Assembly: GCF_058153355.1 (NCBI RefSeq)
Contig: NZ_CM177019.1
Length of the DNA stretch: 64,000 nucleotides
Reading direction: 5' to 3' (one strand)
Within the stretch, counting starts at the first letter, position 1. Each line of letters starts with the position of its first letter. The notes under the pieces were generated by a model. That model was not told the DNA's origin. It ran no database searches and was given only the letters and a program-made list of their open reading frames with translations. This document shows positions 40,921 through 54,718 of this stretch, piece by piece. The position numbers and the translations under genes were made by a program.

Positions 40921-40952
40921 AAAACCCCGGGGCGTGCTCCGGGGTTTTTTCT
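40921..40952 (+). terminator. Hairpin with T-run after ftsH
   Basis: AAAACCCCGG-GGCGTGCT-CCGGGGTTTTTT. Confidence 0.7.
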
Positions 40953-40978
40953 TATCAATTCATACCAGGGATAACATC

Positions 40979-41827
40979 ATGAAACTCTTTGCCCAGGGCA
41001 CTTCACTGGACCTTAGCCATCCTCACGTAATGGGGATCCTCAACGTTACGCCTGATTCCTTTTCGGATGGCGGCACGCATAACTCGCTGATAGATGCGGT
41101 GAAACATGCGAATCTGATGATTAACGCTGGCGCGACGATCATTGACGTTGGTGGCGAGTCCACGCGCCCAGGGGCGGCGGAAGTTAGCGTTGAAGAAGAG
41201 TTGCAGCGTGTTATTCCTGTGGTTGAGGCAATTGCTCAACGCTTCGAAGTCTGGATCTCGGTAGATACTTCCAAACCAGAAGTCATCCGTGAGTCAGCGA
41301 AAGTTGGTGCTCACATTATTAACGATATTCGCTCCCTTTCCGAACCTGGCGCTCTGGAAGCTGCTGCAGAAACCGGTTTGCCAGTTTGCCTGATGCATAT
41401 GCAGGGAAATCCAAAAACCATGCAGGAAGCCCCGAAGTATGACGATGTCTTTGCGGAAGTGAATCGCTACTTTATTGAGCAGATAGCTCGTTGTGAGCAG
41501 GCGGGTATCGCAAAAGAGAAATTGTTGCTCGACCCCGGATTCGGTTTCGGTAAAAATCTCTCCCATAACTATTCATTACTGGCGTGCCTGGCTGAATTTC
41601 ACCATTTCAACCTGCCGCTGTTGGTGGGTATGTCACGAAAATCGATGATTGGGCAATTGCTGAACGTGGGGCCGTCCGAGCGCCTGAGCGGTAGTTTGGC
41701 CTGTGCGGTCATTGCCGCAATGCAAGGCGCGCACATCATTCGTGTTCATGACGTCAAAGAAACCGTAGAAGCGATGCGGGTGGTGGAAGCCACTCTGTCT
41801 GCAAAGGAAAACAAACGCTATGAGTAA
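40979..41827 (+). CDS. folP: Dihydropteroate synthase
   Basis: ORF 40934..41827; conserved start [32 protein letters not shown] at ATG 40979; 282 aa. Confidence 0.9.
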   Translation: MKLFAQGTSLDLSHPHVMGILNVTPDSFSDGGTHNSLIDAVKHANLMINAGATIIDVGGESTRPGAAEVSVEEELQRVIPVVEAIAQRFEVWISVDTSKPEVIRESAKVGAHIINDIRSLSEPGALEAAAETGLPVCLMHMQGNPKTMQEAPKYDDVFAEVNRYFIEQIARCEQAGIAKEKLLLDPGFGFGKNLSHNYSLLACLAEFHHFNLPLLVGMSRKSMIGQLLNVGPSERLSGSLACAVIAAMQGAHIIRVHDVKETVEAMRVVEATLSAKENKRYE

Positions 41828-43157
41828 TCGTAAATATTTCGGTACCGATGGGATTCGTGGTCGTGTAGGGGATGCGCCGATCACCCCTGATTTTGTACTT
41901 AAGTTGGGTTGGGCCGCCGGTAAAGTGCTGGCGCGCCACGGCTCCCGTAAGATCATTATTGGTAAAGACACGCGTATTTCTGGCTATATGCTGGAGTCAG
42001 CACTGGAAGCGGGTCTGGCGGCTGCGGGCCTTTCCGCACTCTTTACAGGCCCGATGCCTACACCTGCCGTGGCTTATCTGACGCGTACCTTCCGCGCAGA
42101 GGCCGGGATTGTAATTTCTGCATCGCATAACCCATTCTACGATAACGGCATTAAATTCTTTTCTATTGACGGTACTAAGCTGCCGGATGCAGTTGAAGAA
42201 GCCATCGAAGCGGAAATGGAAAAAGAGATCAGCTGTGTTGATTCGGCAGAACTGGGTAAAGCCAGCCGTATCGTTGATGCTGCGGGTCGCTATATCGAGT
42301 TTTGCAAAGCCACGTTCCCGAACGAACTTAGCCTCAGTGAACTGAAGATTGTGGTGGATTGCGCAAATGGCGCGACTTATCACATCGCGCCGAACGTGCT
42401 GCGTGAACTGGGGGCGAACGTTATCGCTATCGGTTGTGAGCCGAACGGCGTAAACATCAATGCCGAAGTGGGGGCAACTGATGTTCGTGCGTTACAGGCG
42501 CGCGTACTGGCTGAAAAAGCAGATCTTGGTATCGCCTTTGACGGTGACGGCGACCGCGTGATTATGGTTGACCATGAAGGCAATAAAGTCGATGGCGACC
42601 AGATTATGTATATCATCGCGCGCGAAGGTCTGCGTCAGGGCCAACTGCGTGGTGGCGCGGTGGGTACATTGATGAGCAACATGGGGCTGGAACTCGCCCT
42701 GAAACAGCTAGGAATTCCGTTTGCTCGTGCGAAAGTGGGCGATCGCTACGTACTGGAAAAAATGCAGGAGAAAGGCTGGCGTATCGGTGCAGAGAATTCT
42801 GGTCATGTGATCCTGCTGGACAAAACCACAACCGGTGACGGCATCGTTGCTGGTTTGCAGGTGCTGGCGGCGATGGCGCGTAACCATATGAGCCTGCACG
42901 ACCTTTGCAGTGGTATGAAAATGTTCCCGCAGATTCTGGTTAACGTGCGTTACACCGCAGGTAGTGGCGATCCGCTGGAGCATGAATCAGTCAAAGCTGT
43001 AACCGCAGAAGTTGAAGCGGCGCTGGGTAGCCGTGGACGTGTGCTGTTGCGTAAATCCGGCACCGAACCGTTAATTCGCGTGATGGTGGAAGGCGAAGAC
43101 GAAGCGCAGGTGACTGAATTTGCACACCGCATCGCCGATGCAGTAAAAGCCGTTTAA
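41820..43157 (+). CDS. glmM: Phosphoglucosamine mutase
   Basis: 445-aa ORF; active-site serine motif ISASHNP; overlaps folP 3' end. Confidence 0.95.
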   Translation: MSNRKYFGTDGIRGRVGDAPITPDFVLKLGWAAGKVLARHGSRKIIIGKDTRISGYMLESALEAGLAAAGLSALFTGPMPTPAVAYLTRTFRAEAGIVISASHNPFYDNGIKFFSIDGTKLPDAVEEAIEAEMEKEISCVDSAELGKASRIVDAAGRYIEFCKATFPNELSLSELKIVVDCANGATYHIAPNVLRELGANVIAIGCEPNGVNINAEVGATDVRALQARVLAEKADLGIAFDGDGDRVIMVDHEGNKVDGDQIMYIIAREGLRQGQLRGGAVGTLMSNMGLELALKQLGIPFARAKVGDRYVLEKMQEKGWRIGAENSGHVILLDKTTTGDGIVAGLQVLAAMARNHMSLHDLCSGMKMFPQILVNVRYTAGSGDPLEHESVKAVTAEVEAALGSRGRVLLRKSGTEPLIRVMVEGEDEAQVTEFAHRIADAVKAV

Positions 43158-43384
43158 CGCGTTATATAACTGTCTAAAAAGGCGGCGATTGTCGCCTTTT
43201 TTCTCGGTGAACATATCGGTTTTGCTGTTTTTTTCCGCAGTTGATACAATGCGATAAAATTGCCCTTGCGAAGGCCATTCGCTTTGGTTAGTATTCACAC
43301 CCGCTTCAGTGGGAAAGATTAGAAATTCCCGCTTTATTGGTTGAAGCATTGGTACGCGGCAACTCCGCAAGGAACAGGTTGATT

Positions 43385-43717
43385 ATGTACGAAGCTCTTT
43401 TAGTAGTTTTCCTTATTGTGGCAATTGGCCTTGTTGGTCTGATCATGCTGCAGCAAGGTAAAGGCGCTGATATGGGAGCCTCCTTCGGAGCAGGCGCTTC
43501 CGCTACGCTGTTTGGTTCAAGTGGTTCTGGTAACTTCATGACCCGCATGACGGCGCTGCTGGCAACGTTATTCTTCATCATCAGTCTGGTGCTGGGTAAC
43601 ATCAATAGCAACAAAACCAATAAAGGTAGTGAATGGGAAAACCTGAGTGCACCGGCCAAAACCGAACAAACTCAGCCAGCTGCTCCGGCCAAGCCGACCA
43701 GCGATATCCCGAACTAA
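43385..43717 (+). CDS. secG: Protein-export membrane protein SecG
   Basis: ORF 43337..43717; conserved start MYEALLVVFLIVAIGLVGLIMLQQGKG at ATG 43385; 110 aa. Confidence 0.9.
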   Translation: MYEALLVVFLIVAIGLVGLIMLQQGKGADMGASFGAGASATLFGSSGSGNFMTRMTALLATLFFIISLVLGNINSNKTNKGSEWENLSAPAKTEQTQPAAPAKPTSDIPN

Positions 43718-43730
43718 AAAGTAGTATCCG

Positions 43731-43817
43731 TGCCGAGGTGGTGGAATTGGTAGACACGCTACCTTGAGGTGGTAGTGCCCAATAGGGCTTACGGGTTCAA
43801 GTCCCGTCCTCGGTACC
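43731..43817 (+). tRNA. leuU: tRNA-Leu (anticodon GAG)
   Basis: GCCGAGGTGGTGGAATTGGTAGACACGCTACCTTGAGGTGGTAGTGCCCAATAGGGCTTACGGGTTCAAGTCCCGTCCTCGGTACCA; cloverleaf with long variable arm, anticodon loop UUGAGGU, encoded CCA end. Confidence 0.9.
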
Positions 43818-43826
43818 AAATTCCAG

Positions 43827-43853
43827 AAAAGAGACGCTGAAAAGCGTCTTTTT
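43827..43853 (+). terminator. Rho-independent terminator after leuU
   Basis: AGACGCT-GAAA-AGCGTCT followed by TTTTTT. Confidence 0.8.
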
Positions 43854-44274
43854 TCGTTTTGGTTCTGGTCTGAGGAATGGTTGTCAGGTATCTGTATCTC
43901 GTCCAGTTGCTTTACTCGTAGCTGGTACTTTGAAACGATGGTGCCGGTACGCCTTAGTTATAAACTTTTCCCTACTGCTGACATAATTGGCACTTTATTG
44001 TGTCAACTCCAGTTCCGGTACGAATACGGATATGTTTACTTCTCGATAAACCATCCTGCTCCTGTCAGTATAACTACTGATGGCTACGTTCTGCGTAATG
44101 TTTAGAGACGCATTGATAATGTTATTTAATTACTGAGAACAATGGCCGCATCATTTAAAAAGAAAAAACTAACAGTGTTTCGGTCTGATATGGATCAGCG
44201 TTGAAAAACATGTCTGATATAAAATTGAACATTGTTGATAATTGTTTATATTGGTTGTGAACTTGGATTTCTGG

Positions 44275-45900
44275 ATGACAGTATTCAACAAATTTGTTAG
44301 AAGTTTTAAATCTCATTGGTTGTTGTATCTTTGTGTTATTGTTTTTGGTATTACGAACTTAGTCGCCTCTTCCGGAGCGCATATGGTTCAGCGATTGCTG
44401 TTCTTCGTTCTGACCATCCTAGTTGTTAAACGTATATCATCCCTTCCGCTTCGCCTGCTTGTTGCCGCACCATTTGTGTTACTGACAGCGGCAGACATGA
44501 GTATTAGCCTCTATTCATGGTGTACCTTTGGTACAACTTTCAATGATGGATTTGCGATTAGTGTGCTGCAGAGTGATCCGGATGAAGTTGTCAAAATGCT
44601 GGGGATGTATATCCCTTATCTATGTGCTTTTGCCTTTTTATCCCTTCTTTTTTTGGCAGTAATAATAAAATATGATGTTTCCTTGCCGACGAAAAAAGTG
44701 ACAGGAATATTATTGCTGATTGTCATTTCGGGCAGTTTATTTTCCGCTTGTCAATTTGCTTATAAAGATGCAAAAAATAAAAAAGCGTTCAGTCCATATA
44801 TACTAGCGTCGCGATTTGCTACCTATACACCGTTTTTCAATCTCAATTATTTTGCTTTAGCAGCGAAAGAGCATCAAAGATTACTCTCAATTGCAAACAC
44901 GGTGCCGAATTTTCAATTATCAGTCAGGGATACAGGTATTGATACCTACGTGTTGATTGTGGGGGAGTCTGTACGTGTCGACAATATGTCTTTGTATGGA
45001 TATACACGCTCTACGACACCGCAAGTCGAAGCACAAAGAAAACAGATCAAACTGTTTAATCAAGCAATAAGCGGTGCACCTTACACTGCGCTGTCGGTTC
45101 CCCTTTCTTTAACTGCTGATTCTGTTTTGAGTCATGACATTCATAATTACCCGGACAACATTATTAATATGGCTAATCAAGCAGGATTTCAGACTTTCTG
45201 GCTAAGCTCGCAATCCGCTTTTCGGCAGAATGGTACAGCAGTTACCAGTATCGCCATGCGCGCCATGGAAACAGTCTATGTCAGAGGATTTGATGAATTG
45301 TTGTTGCCGCATTTATCGCAAGCGTTACAGCAAAAGACGCAGCAAAAGAAACTGATTGTTCTTCATTTAAATGGAAGCCATGAACCGGCTTGTAGCGCCT
45401 ATCTGCAATCCAGCGCCGTGTTTCAACCACAGGACGATCAGGATGCCTGCTATGACAACTCCATTCATTACACAGATAGTTTGCTAGGTCAGGTTTTTGA
45501 ATTATTAAAAGATCGCCGAGCCTCGGTCATGTATTTTGCCGACCATGGCCTGGAACGCGACCCGACGAAGAAGAACATTTATTTTCATGGAGGCAGGGAG
45601 GCCAGCCAGCAGGCATATCATGTTCCGATGTTTATCTGGTATAGCCCCGTTCTTGGGGATGGCGTGGATCGCACAACGGAAAACGATATCTTTTCCACTG
45701 CTTACAATAATTACCTTATTAATGCGTGGATGGGGGTAACAAAGCCGGAACAGCCGCAAACGCTGGAGGAAGTGATTGCACACTATAAAGGAGACTCACG
45801 GGTTGTAGATGCAAACCATGATGTTTTCGATTTTGTGATGCTAAGAAAGGAGTTTACTGAGGATAAGCAAGGTAACCCCACCCCTGAAGGGCAGGGTTGA
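44275..45900 (+). CDS. yhbX: Inner-membrane sulfatase-domain protein, phosphoethanolamine-transferase (EptA/EptB/OpgE) family
   Basis: ORF 44242..45900; conserved start MTVFNKFVRSFKSHWLL at ATG 44275; N-terminal TM helices then sulfatase-like domain; strongly AT-rich relative to neighbours. Confidence 0.75.
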   Translation: MTVFNKFVRSFKSHWLLYLCVIVFGITNLVASSGAHMVQRLLFFVLTILVVKRISSLPLRLLVAAPFVLLTAADMSISLYSWCTFGTTFNDGFAISVLQSDPDEVVKMLGMYIPYLCAFAFLSLLFLAVIIKYDVSLPTKKVTGILLLIVISGSLFSACQFAYKDAKNKKAFSPYILASRFATYTPFFNLNYFALAAKEHQRLLSIANTVPNFQLSVRDTGIDTYVLIVGESVRVDNMSLYGYTRSTTPQVEAQRKQIKLFNQAISGAPYTALSVPLSLTADSVLSHDIHNYPDNIINMANQAGFQTFWLSSQSAFRQNGTAVTSIAMRAMETVYVRGFDELLLPHLSQALQQKTQQKKLIVLHLNGSHEPACSAYLQSSAVFQPQDDQDACYDNSIHYTDSLLGQVFELLKDRRASVMYFADHGLERDPTKKNIYFHGGREASQQAYHVPMFIWYSPVLGDGVDRTTENDIFSTAYNNYLINAWMGVTKPEQPQTLEEVIAHYKGDSRVVDANHDVFDFVMLRKEFTEDKQGNPTPEGQG

Positions 45901-45907
45901 TGTCGAA

Positions 45908-47266
<1,359 letters not shown>

Positions 47267-47299
47267 TTAATTAACTGATGATGAGCCTGGATTTCCGCT

Positions 47300-47350
47300 C
47301 TAACTGAATTTTTATGCAAAATAAATGAGTTTTCATTTAATCATCTTTTA
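47300..47350. promoter_or_regulatory. Putative ArgR operator (ARG boxes) in the argG promoter region
   Basis: AT-rich TGAATTTTTATGCA … ATGAGTTTTCATTTA resembling paired ARG boxes upstream of argG; assignment by pattern only. Confidence 0.4.
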
Positions 47351-47476
47351 TCGGTGACAGGAAGAGTTTAGTGTGTTTTTTGTAAAATAATGCGCTTAAG
47401 GAGGAGCAGTAGAGGGCAAAAGTATTCGACAAACGAAAGTGAACTGGATATTCATTCACGCGATTAGCAATAAATG

Positions 47477-47506
47477 TTGACAAAATGTGGCGTGGATCAC
47501 TATAAT
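47477..47506 (+). promoter_or_regulatory. Sigma-70 promoter (upstream metY promoter): TTGACA-18 bp-TATAAT
   Basis: Consensus hexamers TTGACA (47477-47482) and TATAAT (47501-47506) read directly. Confidence 0.6.
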
Positions 47507-47554
47507 GACTGCAGATTTTACGTCCCGTCTCGGTACACCAAATCCCAGCAGTAT

Positions 47555-47583
47555 TTGCATTTTTTACCCAAAACGAGTAGAAT
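47555..47583 (+). promoter_or_regulatory. Sigma-70 promoter immediately upstream of metY: TTGCAT-17 bp-TAGAAT
   Basis: Hexamers at 47555-47560 and 47578-47583; -10 is ~15 nt before the tRNA 5' end. Confidence 0.65.
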
Positions 47584-47598
47584 TTGCCACGTTTCAGG

Positions 47599-47675
<77 letters not shown>

Positions 47676-47797
47676 CTTTCCCTTAGAGTCCTTTTTCAAA
47701 TATACTGTGAAGACTTCGGCCTTCGTAGTGGGATTTGAAAAAATCCTTCTGGAAAGTGCTCCAGACCGCAGTTGCGGTTATAGGGTTCAGTTATATA

Positions 47798-47822
47798 AAG
47801 CCCCGATTTATCGGGGTTTTTT
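47798..47822 (+). terminator. Intrinsic terminator/attenuator between metY and rimP
   Basis: AAAGCCCCGA-TTTA-TCGGGG followed by TTTTTT. Confidence 0.65.
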
Positions 47823-47881
47823 GTTATCTGACTACAGAATAACTGGGCTTTAGGCCCTTTTTTTATGTCTTGGGGGTGGGC

Positions 47882-48334
47882 TTGTCCACATTAGAGCAAA
47901 AATTAACAGAGATGATTACTGCGCCAGTTGAGGCCCTGGGTTTTGAACTGGTTGGCATCGAGTTTATTCGCGGTCGCACATCCACACTGCGCATCTATAT
48001 TGATAGTGAAGATGGCATCAATGTTGATGATTGTGCTGATGTGAGCCACCAGGTAAGTGCTGTGCTGGATGTCGAAGATCCCATCACCGTGGCTTATAAC
48101 CTGGAAGTCTCCTCACCGGGTCTCGATCGCCCACTGTTCACGGCTGAACACTACGCCCGTTTCGTCGGAGAAGAGGTGACTCTGGTTCTCCGTATGGCGG
48201 TACAAAACCGTCGTAAATGGCAGGGCGTTATCAAAGCGGTAGACGGTGAAATGATCACAGTTACCGTCGAAGGTAAAGATGAAGTGTTCGCGCTGAGTAA
48301 TATCCAGAAGGCGAACCTGGTTCCCCACTTTTAA
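47882..48334 (+). CDS. rimP: Ribosome maturation factor RimP
   Basis: ORF 47870..48334; conserved N-terminus (M)[22 protein letters not shown] begins at TTG 47882; 150 aa. Confidence 0.8.
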
Positions 48335-48361
48335 TAGTCTGGATGAGGTGAAAAGCCCGCG

Positions 48362-49849
<1,488 letters not shown>

Positions 49850-49873
49850 TAAACTGTAGCAGGAAGGAACAGC

Positions 49874-52546
49874 ATGACAGATGTAACGATTAAAACGCTG
49901 GCCGCAGAGCGACAGACCTCCGTGGAACGCCTGGTACAGCAATTTGCTGATGCAGGTATCCGGAAGTCTGCTGACGACTCTGTGTCCGCACAAGAGAAAC
50001 AGACTTTAATTGACCACCTGAATCAGAAAAATTCAGGCCCGGACAAATTAACGCTGCAACGTAAAACCCGCAGCACCCTTAACATTCCTGGTACCGGTGG
50101 AAAAAGCAAATCGGTACAAATCGAAGTCCGCAAGAAACGCACCTTTGTGAAACGCGATCCGCAAGAGGCTGAACGCCTTGCTGCGGAAGAGCAGGCGCAG
50201 CGTGAAGCGGAAGAGCAAGCCCGTCGTGAGGCAGAAGAATCGGCCAAACGCGAGGCGCAACAAAAAGCTGAACGTGAGGCCGCAGAACAAGCTAAGCGTG
50301 AAGCCGCTGAACAAGCGAAACGTGAAGCTGCGGAAAAAGACAAAGTGAGCAATCAACAAGACGATATGACTAAAAACGCCCAGGCTGAAAAAGCCCGCCG
50401 TGAGCAGGAAGCTGCAGAGCTCAAGCGTAAAGCTGAAGAAGAAGCGCGTCGTAAACTCGAAGAAGAAGCACGTCGCGTTGCTGAAGAAGCACGTCGTATG
50501 GCGGAAGAAAACAAATGGACTGATAACGCGGAACCGACTGAAGATTCCAGCGATTATCACGTTACTACTTCTCAACATGCTCGCCAGGCAGAAGACGAAA
50601 GCGATCGTGAAGTCGAAGGCGGCCGTGGCCGTGGTCGTAACGCGAAAGCAGCGCGTCCGAAGAAAGGCAACAAACACTCTGAATCAAAAGCTGATCGTGA
50701 AGAAGCACGCGCAGCAGTACGTGGCGGTAAAGGCGGGAAACGTAAAGGTTCTTCGCTGCAGCAAGGCTTCCAGAAGCCAGCTCAGGCCGTTAACCGTGAC
50801 GTTGTGATTGGCGAAACCATCACCGTTGGCGAACTGGCGAACAAGATGGCGGTTAAAGGTTCTCAGGTCATCAAAGCGATGATGAAACTGGGCGCAATGG
50901 CAACCATCAACCAGGTTATCGATCAGGAAACCGCACAGCTGGTTGCTGAAGAGATGGGCCACAAAGTTATCCTGCGTCGTGAAAACGAGCTGGAAGAAGC
51001 GGTAATGAGCGACCGTGACACGGGTGCTGCGGCTGAACCGCGCGCGCCGGTTGTGACCATCATGGGTCACGTTGACCACGGTAAAACCTCTTTGCTGGAC
51101 TACATTCGTTCAACGAAAGTGGCCTCTGGCGAAGCGGGCGGCATTACCCAGCACATTGGTGCATACCACGTTGAAACTGAAAACGGCATGATCACCTTCC
51201 TGGACACCCCGGGGCACGCCGCGTTTACTTCAATGCGTGCACGTGGTGCGCAGGCAACGGACATCGTAGTCCTGGTTGTTGCTGCCGACGACGGCGTAAT
51301 GCCGCAGACCATCGAAGCAATTCAGCACGCGAAAGCGGCAGGCGTGCCGGTTGTGGTTGCAGTGAACAAGATCGACAAACCAGAAGCCGATCCAGATCGC
51401 GTTAAGAACGAACTCTCTCAGTACGGCATCCTGCCGGAAGAGTGGGGCGGTGAAAGCCAGTTCGTACACGTGTCTGCGAAAGCAGGTACCGGTATCGATG
51501 AACTGCTGGACGCTATCCTGTTGCAGGCAGAAGTTCTGGAACTGAAAGCGGTACGTAAAGGTATGGCGAGCGGTGCGGTTATCGAATCCTTCCTCGATAA
51601 AGGTCGTGGTCCGGTTGCTACTGTTCTGGTACGTGAAGGTACTCTGCACAAGGGCGACATCGTTCTGTGTGGTTTCGAATACGGTCGTGTTCGCGCAATG
51701 CGTAACGAAATGGGTCAGGAAGTGCTGGAAGCAGGTCCGTCCATTCCAGTTGAAATCCTTGGCTTGTCCGGTGTTCCGGCAGCGGGTGACGAAGTTACCG
51801 TAGTGCGTGACGAGAAGAAAGCACGTGAAGTTGCACTGTATCGTCAGGGCAAATTCCGTGAAGTTAAACTGGCACGTCAGCAGAAATCGAAACTCGAGAA
51901 CATGTTCGCCAACATGACCGAAGGCGAAGTTCACGAAGTGAACATCGTTCTGAAGGCAGACGTTCAGGGTTCCGTGGAAGCGATCTCCGACTCCTTGCTG
52001 AAACTGTCTACTGACGAAGTTAAAGTGAAGATCATCGGTTCTGGCGTAGGTGGTATCACCGAAACCGACGCTACCCTGGCTGCGGCGTCCAACGCCATCC
52101 TGGTTGGCTTCAACGTACGTGCTGATGCCTCTGCACGTAAAGTGATTGAAGCGGAAAGCCTGGATCTGCGTTACTACTCCGTCATCTATAACCTGATCGA
52201 CGAAGTGAAAGCGGCGATGAGCGGTATGCTGTCTCCGGAACTGAAACAGCAGATTATCGGTCTGGCGGAAGTTCGTGATGTGTTCAAATCACCGAAATTT
52301 GGTGCCATCGCAGGTTGTATGGTTACTGAAGGTGTGGTTAAACGTCACAACCCGATCCGCGTTCTGCGCGACAACGTGGTTATCTACGAAGGCGAGCTGG
52401 AGTCCCTGCGCCGCTTCAAAGATGACGTTAACGAAGTCCGTAACGGTATGGAATGTGGTATCGGCGTTAAGAACTACAACGACGTCCGCACTGGCGATGT
52501 GATCGAAGTATTCGAAATCATCGAGATCCAACGTACCATCGCTTAA
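49874..52546 (+). CDS. infB: Translation initiation factor IF-2
   Basis: 890-aa ORF; repetitive charged N-terminal region, GTPase domain ([18 protein letters not shown]). Confidence 0.95.
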   Translation: MTDVTIKTLAAERQTSVERLVQQFADAGIRKSADDSVSAQEKQTLIDHLNQKNSGPDKLTLQRKTRSTLNIPGTGGKSKSVQIEVRKKRTFVKRDPQEAERLAAEEQAQREAEEQARREAEESAKREAQQKAEREAAEQAKREAAEQAKREAAEKDKVSNQQDDMTKNAQAEKARREQEAAELKRKAEEEARRKLEEEARRVAEEARRMAEENKWTDNAEPTEDSSDYHVTTSQHARQAEDESDREVEGGRGRGRNAKAARPKKGNKHSESKADREEARAAVRGGKGGKRKGSSLQQGFQKPAQAVNRDVVIGETITVGELANKMAVKGSQVIKAMMKLGAMATINQVIDQETAQLVAEEMGHKVILRRENELEEAVMSDRDTGAAAEPRAPVVTIMGHVDHGKTSLLDYIRSTKVASGEAGGITQHIGAYHVETENGMITFLDTPGHAAFTSMRARGAQATDIVVLVVAADDGVMPQTIEAIQHAKAAGVPVVVAVNKIDKPEADPDRVKNELSQYGILPEEWGGESQFVHVSAKAGTGIDELLDAILLQAEVLELKAVRKGMASGAVIESFLDKGRGPVATVLVREGTLHKGDIVLCGFEYGRVRAMRNEMGQEVLEAGPSIPVEILGLSGVPAAGDEVTVVRDEKKAREVALYRQGKFREVKLARQQKSKLENMFANMTEGEVHEVNIVLKADVQGSVEAISDSLLKLSTDEVKVKIIGSGVGGITETDATLAAASNAILVGFNVRADASARKVIEAESLDLRYYSVIYNLIDEVKAAMSGMLSPELKQQIIGLAEVRDVFKSPKFGAIAGCMVTEGVVKRHNPIRVLRDNVVIYEGELESLRRFKDDVNEVRNGMECGIGVKNYNDVRTGDVIEVFEIIEIQRTIA

Positions 52547-52562
52547 GGTTTTTAGGGTTCTA

Positions 52563-52636
52563 TGCGGGATAAGGCGTTTACGCTGCATCCGGCATGGATT
52601 GCCTGATGCGACGCTGGCGCGTCTTATCAGGCCTAC
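52563..52636. repeat. Pair of inverted REP elements (BIME-like) between infB and rbfA
   Basis: TGCGGGATAAGGCGTTTACGCTGCATCCGGCA and GCCTGATGCGACGCTGGCGCGTCTTATCAGGCCTAC read directly. Confidence 0.75.
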
Positions 52637-52668
52637 GTGAACAGCCCTTCCACCTGAAATTAATTTTA

Positions 52669-52693
52669 AAAAGGGGCTAACAGCCCCTTTTTT
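52669..52693 (+). terminator. Hairpin with T-run just upstream of rbfA
   Basis: AAAAAGGGGCT-AAC-AGCCCC followed by TTTTTT. Confidence 0.6.
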
Positions 52694-52709
52694 GTCAGGA
52701 GAATTTATT

Positions 52710-53111
52710 ATGGCGAAAGAATTTGGTCGCCCGCAGCGCGTAGCGCAGGAAATGCAAAAAGAGATCGCTCTCATCCTGCAACGCGAAATTAAAGATCCTC
52801 GTCTGGGCATGATGACCACCGTTTCCGGTGTCGAAATGTCTCGTGACCTGGCGTATGCAAAAGTATATGTGACGTTCCTTAACGACAAAGATGAAGACGC
52901 GGTTAAAGCGGGTATCAAAGCATTACAAGAAGCCTCTGGTTTCATCCGCAGCCTGTTGGGGAAAGCGATGCGACTGCGCATCGTGCCGGAACTGACCTTC
53001 TTCTACGACAACTCACTGGTTGAAGGGATGCGTATGTCAAACCTGGTGACCAGCGTGGTCAAACATGACGAAGAACGTCGTGTTAACCCGGACGACAGCA
53101 AGGAGGACTAA
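52710..53111 (+). CDS. rbfA: Ribosome-binding factor A
   Basis: ORF 52692..53111; conserved start [20 protein letters not shown] at ATG 52710; 133 aa. Confidence 0.9.
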
Positions 53112-54055
53112 TGAGTCGTCCTCGTCGTCGCGGTCGCGACATTAACGGCGTTTTGTTGCTGGATAAACCACAGGGTATGTCCAGCAACGATGCGCTGCAA
53201 AAAGTGAAACGGATTTATAACGCCAACCGTGCCGGACACACTGGCGCGCTGGATCCGCTGGCGACCGGCATGCTGCCGATTTGCCTCGGGGAAGCCACCA
53301 AGTTTTCCCAGTATCTGCTGGACTCTGACAAACGCTATCGGGTGATTGCGCGTCTTGGACAGCGTACCGATACTTCTGATGCCGACGGACAAATCGTTGA
53401 AGAACGTCCGGTAACCTTTAGTGCAGAGCAACTGGCGGCGGCACTGGATACTTTCCGTGGTGATATCGAACAGATCCCATCGATGTATTCAGCACTGAAA
53501 TACCAGGGCAAAAAACTGTACGAATATGCGCGTCAGGGAATTGAAGTCCCGCGTGAAGCACGCCCGATTACCGTTTATGAATTGCTGTTTATTCGCCACG
53601 AAGGCAATGAACTGGAGCTGGAAATTCACTGCTCAAAAGGCACCTATATCCGCACTATCATTGACGATCTCGGCGAAAAACTCGGCTGTGGCGCGCATGT
53701 TATTTACCTGCGTCGCCTGGCTGTAAGTAAATATCCGGTTGAACGGATGGTGACTCTGGAACATCTGCGTGAACTGGTTGAGCAAGCCGAGCAGCAGGAT
53801 ATTCCGGCAGCGAAGTTACTTGATCCATTACTGATGCCAATGGACAGTCCAGCTTCGGACTATCCGGTGGTGAACCTTCCGTTAACGTCTTCTGTTTACT
53901 TCAAAAATGGTAACCCGGTTCGTACATCTGGCGCGCCGCTGGAAGGACTGGTTCGCGTTACAGAAGGTGAGAACGCCAAGTTTATCGGTATGGGTGAAAT
54001 TGACGATGAAGGCCGCGTTGCGCCTCGTCGCCTGGTGGTTGAATACCCGGCGTAA
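53111..54055 (+). CDS. truB: tRNA pseudouridine-55 synthase
   Basis: 314-aa ORF; catalytic Asp motif GHTGALDP; TAATG overlap with rbfA. Confidence 0.95.
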   Translation: MSRPRRRGRDINGVLLLDKPQGMSSNDALQKVKRIYNANRAGHTGALDPLATGMLPICLGEATKFSQYLLDSDKRYRVIARLGQRTDTSDADGQIVEERPVTFSAEQLAAALDTFRGDIEQIPSMYSALKYQGKKLYEYARQGIEVPREARPITVYELLFIRHEGNELELEIHCSKGTYIRTIIDDLGEKLGCGAHVIYLRRLAVSKYPVERMVTLEHLRELVEQAEQQDIPAAKLLDPLLMPMDSPASDYPVVNLPLTSSVYFKNGNPVRTSGAPLEGLVRVTEGENAKFIGMGEIDDEGRVAPRRLVVEYPA

Positions 54056-54107
54056 TGTTAACCGTCTTGCGATAACAAGTCGCTACGAGTAGAATACTGC
54101 CGCTTAA

Positions 54108-54473
<366 letters not shown>

Positions 54474-54490
54474 TTCTTGCGAGTTTCAGA

Positions 54491-54516
54491 AAAGGGGCCT
54501 GAGTGGCCCCTTTTTT
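54491..54516 (+). terminator. rpsO rho-independent terminator
   Basis: AAAAGGGGCC-TGAGT-GGCCCC followed by TTTTTT. Confidence 0.85.
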
Positions 54517-54519
54517 CAA

Positions 54520-54718
54520 ACTGACGGCAGCAATTCACTGGAAACTAATGTATTGTTGCTATGAATGATCTTCCGTTGCAGAGGTTCGCGCGGCTAATGA
54601 GAGGCTTTACCCACATTGGGCTGGGTTAGGGTTGTCATTAGTCGCGAGGATGCGCAGAAGATCGGGTATTAACACCAGTGCCGTAAGGTGCTGTCTAAGA
54701 AAGAGAAAGGATATTACA
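54520..54718 (+). promoter_or_regulatory. pnp promoter/leader with long stem-loop (autoregulatory RNase III-processed leader in E. coli)
   Basis: ~200-nt untranslated region ending at a UUG start; extended pairing potential across 54590-54680; function assigned from what is known of pnp regulation. Confidence 0.55.

Noticed and set aside
43881-44105. 74-aa ORF in the AT-rich spacer between leuU and yhbX.
   Set aside because: No ribosome-binding site or recognisable motif; AT-rich spacers generate random short ORFs. Cannot support as a gene.
54520-54700. An sRNA (SraG-type) reported for the rpsO-pnp intergenic region in E. coli.
   Set aside because: I cannot delimit its strand and ends from sequence alone and do not recall the sequence well enough to align it; left unannotated.
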